DNA of 43,996 nucleotides from IMG/VR virus record IMGVR_UViG_3300010362_000006, positions 1 through 43,996 of that record. The stretch is one strand, 5' to 3'. Within the stretch, counting starts at the first letter, position 1. Every line of letters begins with the position of its first letter. Below, in pieces: positions 1-8,012 of this stretch. A program made the position numbers and the translations under genes. This stretch comes from a virus. The notes under the pieces are model-generated. The model searched no databases. It was given only the letters and a program-made list of their open reading frames with translations, and was not told where the DNA came from.

Positions 1-123
1 GTGGATGTTCGAGCACGGCCACGACTGCGTGCGGATTCTCGGCAAGGTGAATTGGCACGGCCAGAGTTTCGACCCGCGCGATCCCGGCTACGCGCTCGGA
101 CCCGTGATCGATCTCGCGTGGGA
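1..123. repeat. Terminal overlap, identical to 43874-43996 (circular closure or terminal redundancy)
   Basis: Base-by-base comparison of both ends; an ORF continues in frame across the junction. Confidence 0.95.
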
Positions 124-1021
124 ATGCGGGTTACGCACGCACCTCTGCGTCACCGGCGGCGGCGACGATCCGGTGGGCGCCGCCCACGCGATGGTGCCGA
201 TGCTCGAGGGCCGACAACACCGACTGCTCTTGATCGAATCGGTCAACGAACAGAACGCCTCGGAGGATGACGCGGTTCGCATCGCGCAGATCATGGCGCC
301 GCTCGGCGTGCCGACGGCGGTCGGGCTCGGCAACATTGGTCTCGACGCCATCAACCAGGCGACCGAAGCGGCGCACTGTGCCGTCGGGCTGCTGCACGAG
401 GAACGGTCCACCGATCCCGCGCGCAACATTCGGCAGTGTTGGGACTTTCGATTGCTCCACGGCGCGCCCGGCTGCACGGAACCACAAGGCCCGGCGTCGA
501 GCGTCGCCGAGGAAACGATGCCGGCGAATCTGGCGAGTGCGCGCTTCGCCCGCATCCTCTGTGGCGCGGGCTTGATGTGTAAGCACACCGGGCACGGCGT
601 CTTCGGCAACACCTACCCGTACAACGCGAACACGCCACCTGGCGAGTTCCACTCCGACACGCGCTGCGCGAATCTGTGGGAGGCGCCGCTCGCCGCGGAG
701 CAATCCGACGCGATGGTGAATGCCGTCGCGCATCTGCCGGTCGGCTGTGAGAACTGGTCGCCGTTCAACCAGGGGCACCCGGTCGATATTCCCGCGGGCA
801 ACGTCTCGAAACTCTACGGGTGCATCGACGGCGGGCGCTTCTGCGAGATTGCGATCGGCGCGTACGGCGGACCGGTGACGTTCCGCGCGGTGCAACCCTG
901 CCACCTTACGATCGTGAACATCGGGACCGCCGCGGTGCTGGTCGATGACCACTTCGCGCAAGGCGCCCGCGTCACCGTCGACGGGCTCTTCTGCTACGGA
1001 TTGATCGGCACCCTCGGCTAA
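1..1021 (+). CDS. C-terminal part of the junction-spanning glycoside-hydrolase-like protein
   Basis: ORF 5..1021 is the in-frame continuation of 43446..; ESVNEQN resembles the clan GH-A acid/base NE motif and CTEPQG a possible nucleophile strand; high third-position GC. Confidence 0.55.
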   Translation, partial: WMFEHGHDCVRILGKVNWHGQSFDPRDPGYALGPVIDLAWECGLRTHLCVTGGGDDPVGAAHAMVPMLEGRQHRLLLIESVNEQNASEDDAVRIAQIMAPLGVPTAVGLGNIGLDAINQATEAAHCAVGLLHEERSTDPARNIRQCWDFRLLHGAPGCTEPQGPASSVAEETMPANLASARFARILCGAGLMCKHTGHGVFGNTYPYNANTPPGEFHSDTRCANLWEAPLAAEQSDAMVNAVAHLPVGCENWSPFNQGHPVDIPAGNVSKLYGCIDGGRFCEIAIGAYGGPVTFRAVQPCHLTIVNIGTAAVLVDDHFAQGARVTVDGLFCYGLIGTLG

Positions 1022-1026
1022 GCGGG

Positions 1027-1053
1027 TTCTGAGGCCCCTGGCAGACCTCAGAA
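1027..1053 (+). terminator. Stem-loop just after the last late gene (TTCTGAGG / CCTCAGAA); no U-tract
   Basis: 8-bp stem with 11-nt loop, 6 nt after the stop at 1021; terminator function uncertain. Confidence 0.25.
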
Positions 1054-1145
1054 ACCGCGATCGGCGGCGGCGGCGTGTCTCCGGTCGCCGTCGCCGGTCG
1101 TCGTTGCTAGGACCGCGTAGCGGCGCCCGAGTGCCGAAGAAAAAA

Positions 1146-1180
1146 GGTTAGCGTTTCGGTTAGCGGTTAGCGTTTTCGGG
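1146..1180. repeat. GTTAGCG motif cluster (3 copies); 1146-1165 is a perfect 20-nt direct repeat of 1362-1381; candidate integrase arm-type sites
   Basis: GGTTAGCGTTTCGGTTAGCG occurs at 1146 and 1362, on either side of the tRNA-like core. Confidence 0.6.
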
Positions 1181-1185
1181 AAAGG

Positions 1186-1219
1186 TTCAGGCCTGAATTA
1201 GCGGTTTTTCCTAAGGATT
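1186..1219. repeat. 34-nt imperfect direct repeat of 1284-1317, immediately flanking the att core
   Basis: TTCAGGCCTGA...TTTTCC(T)TAAGGATT present in both copies. Confidence 0.6.
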
Positions 1220-1221
1220 TT

Positions 1222-1265
1222 TGGAGGCGCCGCCCGGATTTGAACCGGGGGTGGAGGTTTTGCAG
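1222..1265 (-). other. attP core: 44-nt 3' fragment of a tRNA (anticodon loop to CCA), probably tRNA-Cys(GCA)
   Basis: Minus strand reads CTGCAAA-ACCTC-CACC-CCCGG-TTCAAAT-CCGGG-CGGCGCC-T-CCA, i.e. anticodon loop, stem, variable loop, T arm, acceptor 3' strand, discriminator U and CCA. No D arm or 5' acceptor strand upstream. Confidence 0.7.
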
Positions 1266-1283
1266 TCCGCGATCACGCCATTT

Positions 1284-1317
1284 TTCAGGCCTGATCTGGC
1301 AGTTTTCCTTAAGGATT
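1284..1317. repeat. Second copy of the 34-nt imperfect direct repeat
   Basis: See 1186-1219. Confidence 0.6.
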
Positions 1318-1361
1318 CTGCCGCCTACCACCGCCCGTTGCCGCCTGATTCCGCCCTGAAT

Positions 1362-1381
1362 GGTTAGCGTTTCGGTTAGCG
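1362..1381. repeat. Second copy of the 20-nt GGTTAGCGTTTCGGTTAGCG repeat; overlaps the integrase stop codon
   Basis: Perfect match to 1146-1165. Confidence 0.6.
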
Positions 1382-2542
1382 TTTTTGTTCCTGCAGCGCC
1401 GCGTCGTACCGCCCTGCCGCCTCGACCAGATCGCCGCTCGCCACGATGTGATAGCGATCGAAGACCTCCCGCGTCTTGTGCCCGGTCAACTGTTGCGCGA
1501 CCTTCTCGGGCACCCCCGCCCGCACGAGATTGCGACACGCCGTCCGGCGGAAGTCGTGCGGCACCCGCGCCGCCTTCGGCGCCTCGTCGTCATCGACTTC
1601 AGGCTTCACGAGCCCCGCCGCCACACACGCATTGAGCCACGCCTTGTTGAACCGCTTGATCAGGCGCGGACTCTTCGGGCCTCCGCGCCCTTTGGCGACC
1701 TCGCGAAAAAAGACCTGCGGGCAGAGTTTCCCGGCCTGCTTCCAGACGTCGCGCGCCGCCTGCCGCGCCACCATCAGCCGCTCAAGATCACTGCCCGGCA
1801 CGATCGGGAACACGCGCCCCTCTTCGTTCTTCGTCTCGCCCACGTAGAGCGTGATGGTGCCGGGCCGACCCTGCCGCGGCATCTCGACCTGGCGCCACTC
1901 GAGCGTCAACACCTCACTGTCGATGCGCCAGCCGGTGATGTAGGCGAACTCGACCACCGGTTGCAGGAACGGCGAGAGGTGCGCGTAGACGGCATCAAAT
2001 TCCTCGCGTTCAAAAAATCCGGTCCGCACGTTGCGTTCTTCGAGCATCTCGATGTGCGGCGCGAACAACAGCTTCCCCGTTTCGAGGGCGAGGCTGAACG
2101 CGCGCTTCAGCACCGACAGCTCGCGGTTGATCTGCGCCTTCGACCAGCGTTGCTTCTTGCCGCTCTTGAAGGTCCGCCACTGCCCGAGCCGATGCGTGAT
2201 GTAGTCGCGCACGTCCGCGGCCGTGATCGTCGCCATCCGGCGCCCGCCGAAAAACGGCTTCAGATGCTTGATCCGGTTCTTCAGATCGTCCAGCGAATCG
2301 TAGTCGTTCATCACGTAATCGTTTTCGACGTCCTGCACGGCGTCATCGAAGCGCAGGCGCCCGACTTTCGCGTTGACGGGGACGCCGCGATCGATGTCGG
2401 TCTCGCGCGCCCGACAGAGTTTGTTGGCCTTGGTCTTGTTGTCGGTATGGCTGCTCTCCACCACGGGCACGCCGTGGCGGTAGTACTTCATCAGGTAATT
2501 CTTCGATCGGCCCTTACCCGATTGTCGGTAGACGTGTCCCAT
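1376..2542 (-). CDS. int: Tyrosine recombinase (phage integrase), 388 aa
   Basis: C-terminal HDFRRTACRNLVRAGV...LTGHKTREVFDRYHIV gives the R...HxxR...Y catalytic pattern. Start trimmed to ATG 2542 (MGHVYRQ) with AAAGGGG upstream. Adjacent to the tRNA fragment. Confidence 0.93.
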   Translation of the reverse strand: MGHVYRQSGKGRSKNYLMKYYRHGVPVVESSHTDNKTKANKLCRARETDIDRGVPVNAKVGRLRFDDAVQDVENDYVMNDYDSLDDLKNRIKHLKPFFGGRRMATITAADVRDYITHRLGQWRTFKSGKKQRWSKAQINRELSVLKRAFSLALETGKLLFAPHIEMLEERNVRTGFFEREEFDAVYAHLSPFLQPVVEFAYITGWRIDSEVLTLEWRQVEMPRQGRPGTITLYVGETKNEEGRVFPIVPGSDLERLMVARQAARDVWKQAGKLCPQVFFREVAKGRGGPKSPRLIKRFNKAWLNACVAAGLVKPEVDDDEAPKAARVPHDFRRTACRNLVRAGVPEKVAQQLTGHKTREVFDRYHIVASGDLVEAAGRYDAALQEQKR

Positions 2543-2574
2543 TGGCTCGCCCCTTTGATTGTGACTATAGGGTA

Positions 2575-2916
2575 TCACCTCTCCGGGTGGAGGCTCGCAT
2601 GCACGCGCCGACAAACCTCCTGATGGAAGCGAAAGGCTTCCTCGCGCGACGAATGCCGCATCTGGAGGCCATCGAGCAGCCCGCCCATCACCATCGTTTC
2701 CCACAGCAGCGGAGGCCCGCCGCCGAAGTTGTGATCGATCCCGAGAAACACCGTCGAGACGAGAATCTCGAGCCCGTCGGCGCCTTCATCGCGATCGTGC
2801 GCGACCACGCGCTCACGCGTCGTCGTCGCCCGCTCGAACCACTCGCCCCACTGCGCCGCGTCGTCACACGCCTCGGGCTCACCGTGCGCGTCGAGGATGT
2901 AGAGGTGACTCATCAT
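2575..2916 (-). CDS. Small phage protein, unknown function (113 aa)
   Basis: Start MMSHLYILD at 2916 forms an ATGA overlap with the upstream gene; high GC3; conserved-looking VFLGIDHNFGGGPPLLWETMV block. Confidence 0.65.
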   Translation of the reverse strand: MMSHLYILDAHGEPEACDDAAQWGEWFERATTTRERVVAHDRDEGADGLEILVSTVFLGIDHNFGGGPPLLWETMVMGGLLDGLQMRHSSREEAFRFHQEVCRRVHASLHPER

Positions 2917-3197
2917 GACGGCGGCTCGATCGGCAGCGGCTCGATCTGCGCGCACTGCATACAGACCTTCGGCGCCGTGACCTGGCGGGCCGGGTTGAAG
3001 ACGATCAAGGCGAAGCAGTGCGAGCAGCGCGAGACGCGCCCGCCCTCGGGGACGCGGCCACCAGGGAAGTCGCTGACGCGACGGCAAATCCAGACATCCG
3101 GCGTCGCGTCCTCATCAGGCGCCGGGACGAGCGGGCCGTCGGGTGTCACGCGTCCGTAGAAGCCGCCGCCCTGTACGATGGGGCCTTTCTTTTTCAT
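2913..3197 (-). CDS. Cys-rich (zinc-ribbon-like) small protein, 94 aa
   Basis: CRRV...CSHC...CMQC; 4-nt overlaps with both neighbouring genes. Confidence 0.6.
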   Translation of the reverse strand: MKKKGPIVQGGGFYGRVTPDGPLVPAPDEDATPDVWICRRVSDFPGGRVPEGGRVSRCSHCFALIVFNPARQVTAPKVCMQCAQIEPLPIEPPS

Positions 3198-3583
3198 ACG
3201 GTGAAGGCTTTCACTGTCCGCACGTAGCCGTCGCCTTTTCTTTTCAAATACCCACGTCGCACATAGGGGCCGAAGGCCCGCGCGTCCATCTTCGCGGGTC
3301 GACTCGGGGTCGCCTGGTTGAACTGCGCGAGCAGCGCCGCGATCGTCTCTCGTTTCTGCTGCGCCTTCGACAGCTTCCGCCGACGTCGACCGCGATCCAT
3401 GCCGCCCACGATCGTCGCCGCGATGATCGGCGCATTGTCGGACTGCTGTTCGGCCCGCAACAGATCGAGCACCAGGCGCGCGCCGTCCACGATTCCCTGA
3501 TGCTGGATTAAGAGCTTTTCGACCGCCGCGTAGGCGTGCTGCACGACGACACCGTTACCATTCGTTGATTTCATTGATTTCAT
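3194..3583 (-). CDS. First gene of the leftward operon; C-terminal winged-helix-like segment; candidate regulator or repressor
   Basis: ATG with AAAGGGG upstream; C-terminus FGPYVRRGYLKRKGDGYVRT resembles a wHTH wing; positioned at the divergent switch. Confidence 0.5.
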   Translation of the reverse strand: MKSMKSTNGNGVVVQHAYAAVEKLLIQHQGIVDGARLVLDLLRAEQQSDNAPIIAATIVGGMDRGRRRRKLSKAQQKRETIAALLAQFNQATPSRPAKMDARAFGPYVRRGYLKRKGDGYVRTVKAFTV

Positions 3584-3960
3584 TTTTACTCGCCCCTTTC
3601 AAATCACCGAGTCGCTTCAAGTCATAGAGTCACTGTAAGGATTCCCGACAGAACGTTAATCAACAGCTACCGCTTCGGTTTATCAACCACCCATCAAACG
3701 ATAGGTGCCACCACCGTCGTTCCCACGAGTAGTAAGCATTGTAATTGCAACGGTTGCAAGAATTATCCGGGTCCGCCGCGCTGGTTTTGTGGCGAATTTG
3801 TGGCCTACGGCCGCGCTTCCCAAGTGAGCATTACTCCTACATCCACTGCAATTTTTGACAGTTACGAAATCTTTATTTGGTCTTGCAATACACCCCTCTT
3901 AAGAAGAACTCGTAAGCCCGCTACCGTACTTTTCGCAACCCTCCTAACGCCGGGGCCGGA
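3584..3960. promoter_or_regulatory. Divergent early control region, the largest AT-richer intergenic gap in the genome
   Basis: Gene orientation switches here; three TTGCAA palindromes (3745-3750, 3754-3759, 3883-3888); TTGACA at 3855-3860; candidate leftward promoter TTAACG (3659-3654)-16 nt-TACAGT (3637-3632). Confidence 0.5.
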
Positions 3961-4275
3961 ATGATGTTGACCGAATACGAGAAGCTCGAATCCTATCGGA
4001 TCGATCGCGACTGGACCTGGGACGAGCTCGCCCATGACATGGCCGAGAAAGGGTGCCAGATCCCCGCGCGCACGCTCCACTATCTGCTGAAGCGCGCCAA
4101 GCGCACCGCGCGTCCGCTCGAACGCACGCTCCACAAGCTGCGCCAGTACCTCGAGGCGACCGAACCCGAACGCGCCGCGGCGCACGCCGTCGCGCCGGAC
4201 CTGCTCGCCCGGCGCCGACCCCGCCATCGGGAACACATGGCGCGCGGCGCACGACGACGCGTGAGGGTGTCGTGA
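3961..4275 (+). CDS. Small HTH-like DNA-binding protein (Cro/Ner-like position), 104 aa
   Basis: First rightward ORF; TWDELAHDMAEKGCQIPARTLHYLLKR looks like a helix-turn-helix. Confidence 0.6.
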   Translation: MMLTEYEKLESYRIDRDWTWDELAHDMAEKGCQIPARTLHYLLKRAKRTARPLERTLHKLRQYLEATEPERAAAHAVAPDLLARRRPRHREHMARGARRRVRVS

Positions 4276-4526
4276 AAAGCGCGCACGCCCTGGCGGACGT
4301 TGAGGTCCTGCACCCGCGGCTGCTCGACAAACACGGCGCCGCCACCTATCTGTCGGTCTCGCTCGACACGCTCGAGCGGTTGATTCAGACGGGCGCGCTC
4401 TCGGTGGTGCGCTTGCCCGTGGAACGCGCCCGTACCGGGTTGGGCGTCGTGGGTCGCACGCGTCGCGTGCTGCTCGATGTGCGGGATCTCGACGCGTTAA
4501 TTGAACGCAGTCGAGAACGATCGTGA
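4272..4526 (+). CDS. Excisionase/AlpA-family HTH protein, 84 aa
   Basis: GTG 4272 overlaps the upstream TGA; LLDKHGAATYLSVSLDTLERLIQTGALSVVRLP is MerR-superfamily Xis-like. Confidence 0.6.
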   Translation: MKSAHALADVEVLHPRLLDKHGAATYLSVSLDTLERLIQTGALSVVRLPVERARTGLGVVGRTRRVLLDVRDLDALIERSRERS

Positions 4527-4720
4527 GCCTCCGATGGTGGCCGCTCTTTGTCACGATCACGCGACGCGTCCGTTGTTGGCGGGACGGGCATCTGTGGATG
4601 CTCCGCATCGAAGACCGCGACGTGCGGCGACGCCGTCCGGCGCGGATGTTCCTCGAATGCCGTCGCTGCCTCACGACGACGCGGGGCTGGACGGCCGTTC
4701 CCGCGCCGAAACACGGCTGA
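4523..4720 (+). CDS. Small Cys/Trp-rich protein, 65 aa
   Basis: GTGA overlap with the preceding stop; high GC3. Confidence 0.4.
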   Translation: MSLRWWPLFVTITRRVRCWRDGHLWMLRIEDRDVRRRRPARMFLECRRCLTTTRGWTAVPAPKHG

Positions 4721-4730
4721 CGAGGGCGCG

Positions 4731-4940
4731 GTGACGCGCGTCCGCCGGCGCGACCAGGCGGCGCTCGAGCGCGAGTGGACCGCACAACAGCAGGCCCGCC
4801 AGGACGACGAGCTCGAGCCACCGCCACCGCCGCGCACGTCGCCGGACTACTGCCCGCAATCGCGGTTCGATCGTCATTCGTTTCGCAATGGACGCTGTTG
4901 GTTGTGTGGCAAGCGACGGGAGGACCTGTGCCCCCGTTGA
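4731..4940 (+). CDS. Small protein with a C-terminal CxxC pair, 69 aa
   Basis: GTG preceded by GAGGG; high GC3; ...CPQSRFDRHSFRNGRCWLCGK. Confidence 0.4.
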   Translation: MTRVRRRDQAALEREWTAQQQARQDDELEPPPPPRTSPDYCPQSRFDRHSFRNGRCWLCGKRREDLCPR

Positions 4941-5788
4941 CACCCGGCGTCTACCGCATCCCCGCGGCGCTCCATCACGCGGACCCGTGCCCCGAACCCT
5001 CGCTGTCGGCCTCCATCATCAAACTGATTTGTCTCGAATCACCCGCGCACGCGTGGGCGGCGCACCCGCGGCTCAACCCGAACTTTCAACGGGAGAACGG
5101 CGAACACTTCGACATCGGCACCGCCGCGCATGCGGTGCTACTCGAGGGCGAAGCCGCGGTGCAGATCATCGACGCGCCCGACTGGCGCACCAACGCCGCG
5201 AAGTCCCAACGCGAGATCGCGCGCATCGACGGACGTATCCCCCTCCTGGCGAAGACGTGGACCGACGTGCAGGCGATGGTGAAGACGGCGCGCGTGCAGC
5301 TCGGGAAACACAACCGCGACGGCGGCTGGCTGATGTTCACCGACGGCGAGCCCGAACGCACGCTCATCTGGCAAGAGGATGGGATCTGGTGTCGCGCCCG
5401 CCTCGATTGGCTGCGCCCCGGCGCCATCGACGATTTCAAAACGACGGGCGCGAGCGCGAACCCCGACACGTGGACGCGGGCGATGTTCAACGCGGGCACC
5501 GACATTCAGGTCGCGTGGTATCTGCGCGGCTACAAGGCCGTGTCCGGTGAGGACGTGATGTTTCGGTTCGCGGTGCAGGAGAACTATCCGCCGTACGCCC
5601 TGGCGGTCATCGGGCTCGGACCGGACGCGCTCGTCCTGGCCGAAAAGAAAGTGCTCTACGCGCTCGAGGTGTGGGCGCGCTGTCTCAAAAAACGCGACTG
5701 GTTCGGCTACCCGCGCCGCACGTGTTACGCGACGCTGCCGCAGTGGCACGAGGCGTGGTGGCTCGAGAAGGAACTGCAACCGGTATGA
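4928..5788 (+). CDS. PD-(D/E)XK exonuclease (RecE/DUF3799-like recombination nuclease), 286 aa
   Basis: GTG 4928 preceded by GGGAGGA; RARLDWL...IDDFKTT fits D...(D/E)xK; sits next to a Sak4-like ATPase. Confidence 0.7.
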   Translation: MPPLTPGVYRIPAALHHADPCPEPSLSASIIKLICLESPAHAWAAHPRLNPNFQRENGEHFDIGTAAHAVLLEGEAAVQIIDAPDWRTNAAKSQREIARIDGRIPLLAKTWTDVQAMVKTARVQLGKHNRDGGWLMFTDGEPERTLIWQEDGIWCRARLDWLRPGAIDDFKTTGASANPDTWTRAMFNAGTDIQVAWYLRGYKAVSGEDVMFRFAVQENYPPYALAVIGLGPDALVLAEKKVLYALEVWARCLKKRDWFGYPRRTCYATLPQWHEAWWLEKELQPV

Positions 5789-5892
5789 GCACGGGCGATC
5801 TGTTTCTCGCGTTCCTCTTCGTCGCCCTCGCGATCGCGGTCGGCTTCGTGGCGATCGCACTAACCCGCATTTGGCGCGGAGGCAAACACTGA
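5785..5892 (+). CDS. 35-aa hydrophobic peptide (single transmembrane helix)
   Basis: ATGA overlap with the exonuclease stop; MSTGDLFLAFLFVALAIAVGFVAIALTRIWRGGKH. Confidence 0.45.
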   Translation: MSTGDLFLAFLFVALAIAVGFVAIALTRIWRGGKH

Positions 5893-6110
5893 TGCCAGCC
5901 CCACTGACCCGCAAGGATCTCGACCAGGCGACGTGCAGCGTGCCAGGGTGCGACCACACCACGCACACTGGCGAGGGTCTGTTTCTGACGGGTGTCTGTC
6001 ACCCCGGCGCCCCGGTGCGCGCCTTCTATCACGAGGGCCTGCTGAAGTTCTCGTGCGCGAGCTGCGGACAGCACATCACCAGCATCGCCGTCGCGCAGTG
6101 GTGGCACTGA
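5892..6110 (+). CDS. Cys/His-rich small protein, 72 aa
   Basis: TGATG overlap; CSVPGCDH...CH...CASC. Confidence 0.5.
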   Translation: MPAPLTRKDLDQATCSVPGCDHTTHTGEGLFLTGVCHPGAPVRAFYHEGLLKFSCASCGQHITSIAVAQWWH

Positions 6111-7081
6111 TGGCGTTCGAGTTTCGACCCGCCGCCCGCGAGAACGTCGGGCTCCTGATCGGCCTCTCCGGTGCCAGCGGCAGCGGGAAGACGTGGACCG
6201 CCATGCTGCTCGCGAAAGGGATCAGCGGCGACAAACCCTTCGCCGTCATCGACACTGAGGGCGGGCGCGCCAAGCATTACGCGGATTTTTTTCACTTCGA
6301 TCACGGCGACCTCGCGCCGACCTTCACCCCGAAACGCTACACCGAGGCGATTGTCGCCGCCGACCAGGCGGGCTATGCCGCGATCGTCGTGGACAGCGCG
6401 AGTCACGAATACGCCGGCGAGGGCGGCGTGCTCGACATGCAGGAGGAAGAACTCGAGAAGATGGCCCGCGGCGACGACCGCCGACGCGAAACGATGAAGA
6501 TGGCGTCGTGGATTCGGCCGAAGATGGAACACAAGAAGTTCATTCAGAAACTCCTTCAAATTCGCGCCCACCTGATTCTCTGCTTCCGCGCTGAACCAAA
6601 AATCGAAATCGCGAAGGACGAGCACGGCAAAACGATCATCCGCGAGAAGCAATCACTCATCGGCATCAACGGGTGGATTCCCGTCTGCGAGAAGAACATG
6701 CCGTACGAGCTCACGGTCAGCCTGATGCTGATGCCTGACCGACCCGGCGTCCCGATTCCGATCAAACTGCAACAACAACACAAAGACCTCTTCCCGCTCG
6801 ACCAGGCGATCACCGAGGCCTCGGGCGCGCAGCTCGCCGCGTGGGCGCACGGTGCGGCCACACCGCAACCAAATCTCGCGCAGGCGACGACGAGTGTGTG
6901 GCTGAAGCGGATCGCCGCGGCGACGACGCGACAGGAACTCGACACGGTCAACGAGGAAATTGCCGCGGCGAAAGCGATGCTGTCGGCGCCGCAGAAGACG
7001 ACCCTCCGCGAAGCGGTCAAAGCGAAAAGCAAGACGGTGAAAAAAGACACGGTGAAACAAAGCGACATCCAGTGGCGGTGA
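6110..7081 (+). CDS. Sak4-like RecA-fold ATPase (AAA_24-type ssDNA annealing/recombination protein), 323 aa
   Basis: Walker A GLSGASGSGKT; Walker B-like AAIVVDSASHEY; TGATG start coupling. Confidence 0.8.
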   Translation: MAFEFRPAARENVGLLIGLSGASGSGKTWTAMLLAKGISGDKPFAVIDTEGGRAKHYADFFHFDHGDLAPTFTPKRYTEAIVAADQAGYAAIVVDSASHEYAGEGGVLDMQEEELEKMARGDDRRRETMKMASWIRPKMEHKKFIQKLLQIRAHLILCFRAEPKIEIAKDEHGKTIIREKQSLIGINGWIPVCEKNMPYELTVSLMLMPDRPGVPIPIKLQQQHKDLFPLDQAITEASGAQLAAWAHGAATPQPNLAQATTSVWLKRIAAATTRQELDTVNEEIAAAKAMLSAPQKTTLREAVKAKSKTVKKDTVKQSDIQWR

Positions 7082-7083
7082 TC

Positions 7084-7434
7084 ATGCGCGCGTTGTGGTG
7101 GTGGGTCGATCGATGGCGGAAGAGCACGGCGTTCACGGACATGACGCTCGAGGAACAAGGGGCGTATCGCAATCTGCTGGACGAGGCGTGTTTGCGCGGC
7201 GGGCCGCTGCCGAACGACGACCGCATCCTCGCGAAGGCGTGTGGGGATGCGACGCGCTGGCAGGCGATCCGCGGCGTCGTGCTCGCGCGGTTCACGCTGC
7301 ACCAGGACGGCTGGCGGAATGACACGCTCGACGCGGTCTTAGGGGAGTCGACCAGGCGTGCCGTCAAACAACGGGAGTATCGCAATCGGCTGAGTGCGAG
7401 TAACGCGGTGGGTAACGGGCGTGGTAACGACTAG
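7084..7434 (+). CDS. DUF1376 (YdaU-like) replication-associated protein, 116 aa
   Basis: WWWVDRWRKSTAFTDMTLEEQGAYRNLLDEACLRGGPLPND matches my recollection of the DUF1376 N-terminal signature. Confidence 0.6.
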   Translation: MRALWWWVDRWRKSTAFTDMTLEEQGAYRNLLDEACLRGGPLPNDDRILAKACGDATRWQAIRGVVLARFTLHQDGWRNDTLDAVLGESTRRAVKQREYRNRLSASNAVGNGRGND

Positions 7435-7450
7435 CGTAACGCAGCACGAC

Positions 7451-7487
7451 CTCCGTCTCCGTCTCCGTCTCCGTACTCCGTCTCCGG
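7451..7487. repeat. CTCCGT hexamer array: 4 perfect tandem copies, one more after a 1-nt spacer, one degenerate; iteron-like
   Basis: Read directly; followed by an imperfect inverted repeat around the palindrome CAGTACTG (7500-7507). Confidence 0.8.
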
Positions 7488-7527
7488 GTCCAAGTTCAAC
7501 AGTACTGGTACTTGAAACATTAGAACC

Positions 7528-7547
7528 TCGCGCTTCGCGCGAATTTT
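7528..7547 (+). terminator. Weak intrinsic terminator candidate (TCGCGC-TTC-GCGCGA then AATTTT)
   Basis: 6-bp GC stem, 3-nt loop, short T run. Confidence 0.3.
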
Positions 7548-7554
7548 CCCTGTC

Positions 7555-7743
7555 GTGACGATCACGAGTCGATTGGTAGCTCGGCTGATGCGTGAACTCT
7601 TGAAGACCAACGCCTACGACTGCTACGCCGACCTGGTGGCCGACGTGAAGGATCGCTGCGCGCGCTACCGCATCCGGTATCGCCCCCACGACATCACCGC
7701 CGCGTTGCGGGTGATCGAATCCAATCGGCCGGTGCTGCGATGA
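7555..7743 (+). CDS. Hypothetical protein, 62 aa
   Basis: GTG start; high GC3; 4-nt overlap with the next gene. Confidence 0.5.
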   Translation: MTITSRLVARLMRELLKTNAYDCYADLVADVKDRCARYRIRYRPHDITAALRVIESNRPVLR

Positions 7744-8012
7744 AGACGTGGACGCGCGCCACGGTGGAACGCCTATGCGGCCTCTGTGGAAAACATGTGC
7801 TCGAGGGGCAACCGATTCAGCTGATCGATGTCGGTCCCACGATCAAACTCTGGCGTTGCGAGCAGTGCGTCGGCCCGGCGCCGCCGGACTTGCCGCCGCT
7901 CGTCGAACGCAAGCCGGTCACGCCGCTGGTGATGACGCGCTTCGCGAAAGACATGTTGCCGCTCGATTGGAAACGACGCAGTGCCGGACGCGAGCCCGGC
8001 GAGGAAGGTTAG
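7740..8012 (+). CDS. Zinc-ribbon protein, 90 aa
   Basis: CGLCGK...CEQC; ATGA coupling. Confidence 0.55.
   Translation: MKTWTRATVERLCGLCGKHVLEGQPIQLIDVGPTIKLWRCEQCVGPAPPDLPPLVERKPVTPLVMTRFAKDMLPLDWKRRSAGREPGEEG

Noticed and set aside
1222-1280. A functional tRNA gene
   Set aside because: Only the anticodon loop through CCA is tRNA-like. The putative anticodon stem pairs at 3 of 5 positions, and there is no D arm or 5' acceptor strand. An attP core fragment is the better explanation.
1385-2623. 412-aa plus-strand ORF
   Set aside because: Antisense shadow of the integrase gene, which has clear catalytic motifs.
2543-2704. N-terminal extensions of track ORFs (also 17816-18886, 18559-19443, 14718-15737, 16310-16972, 35483-35575 and others)
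   Set aside because: The extensions have poor, Arg/Gly-rich sequence and run over promoters or upstream genes. Internal starts with SDs or 4-nt stop/start coupling fit the operon structure better.
7451-7487. A CRISPR array (also considered for the CA run at 19431-19446)
   Set aside because: These are short tandem hexamer and dinucleotide repeats with no spacers and no repeat-spacer periodicity.
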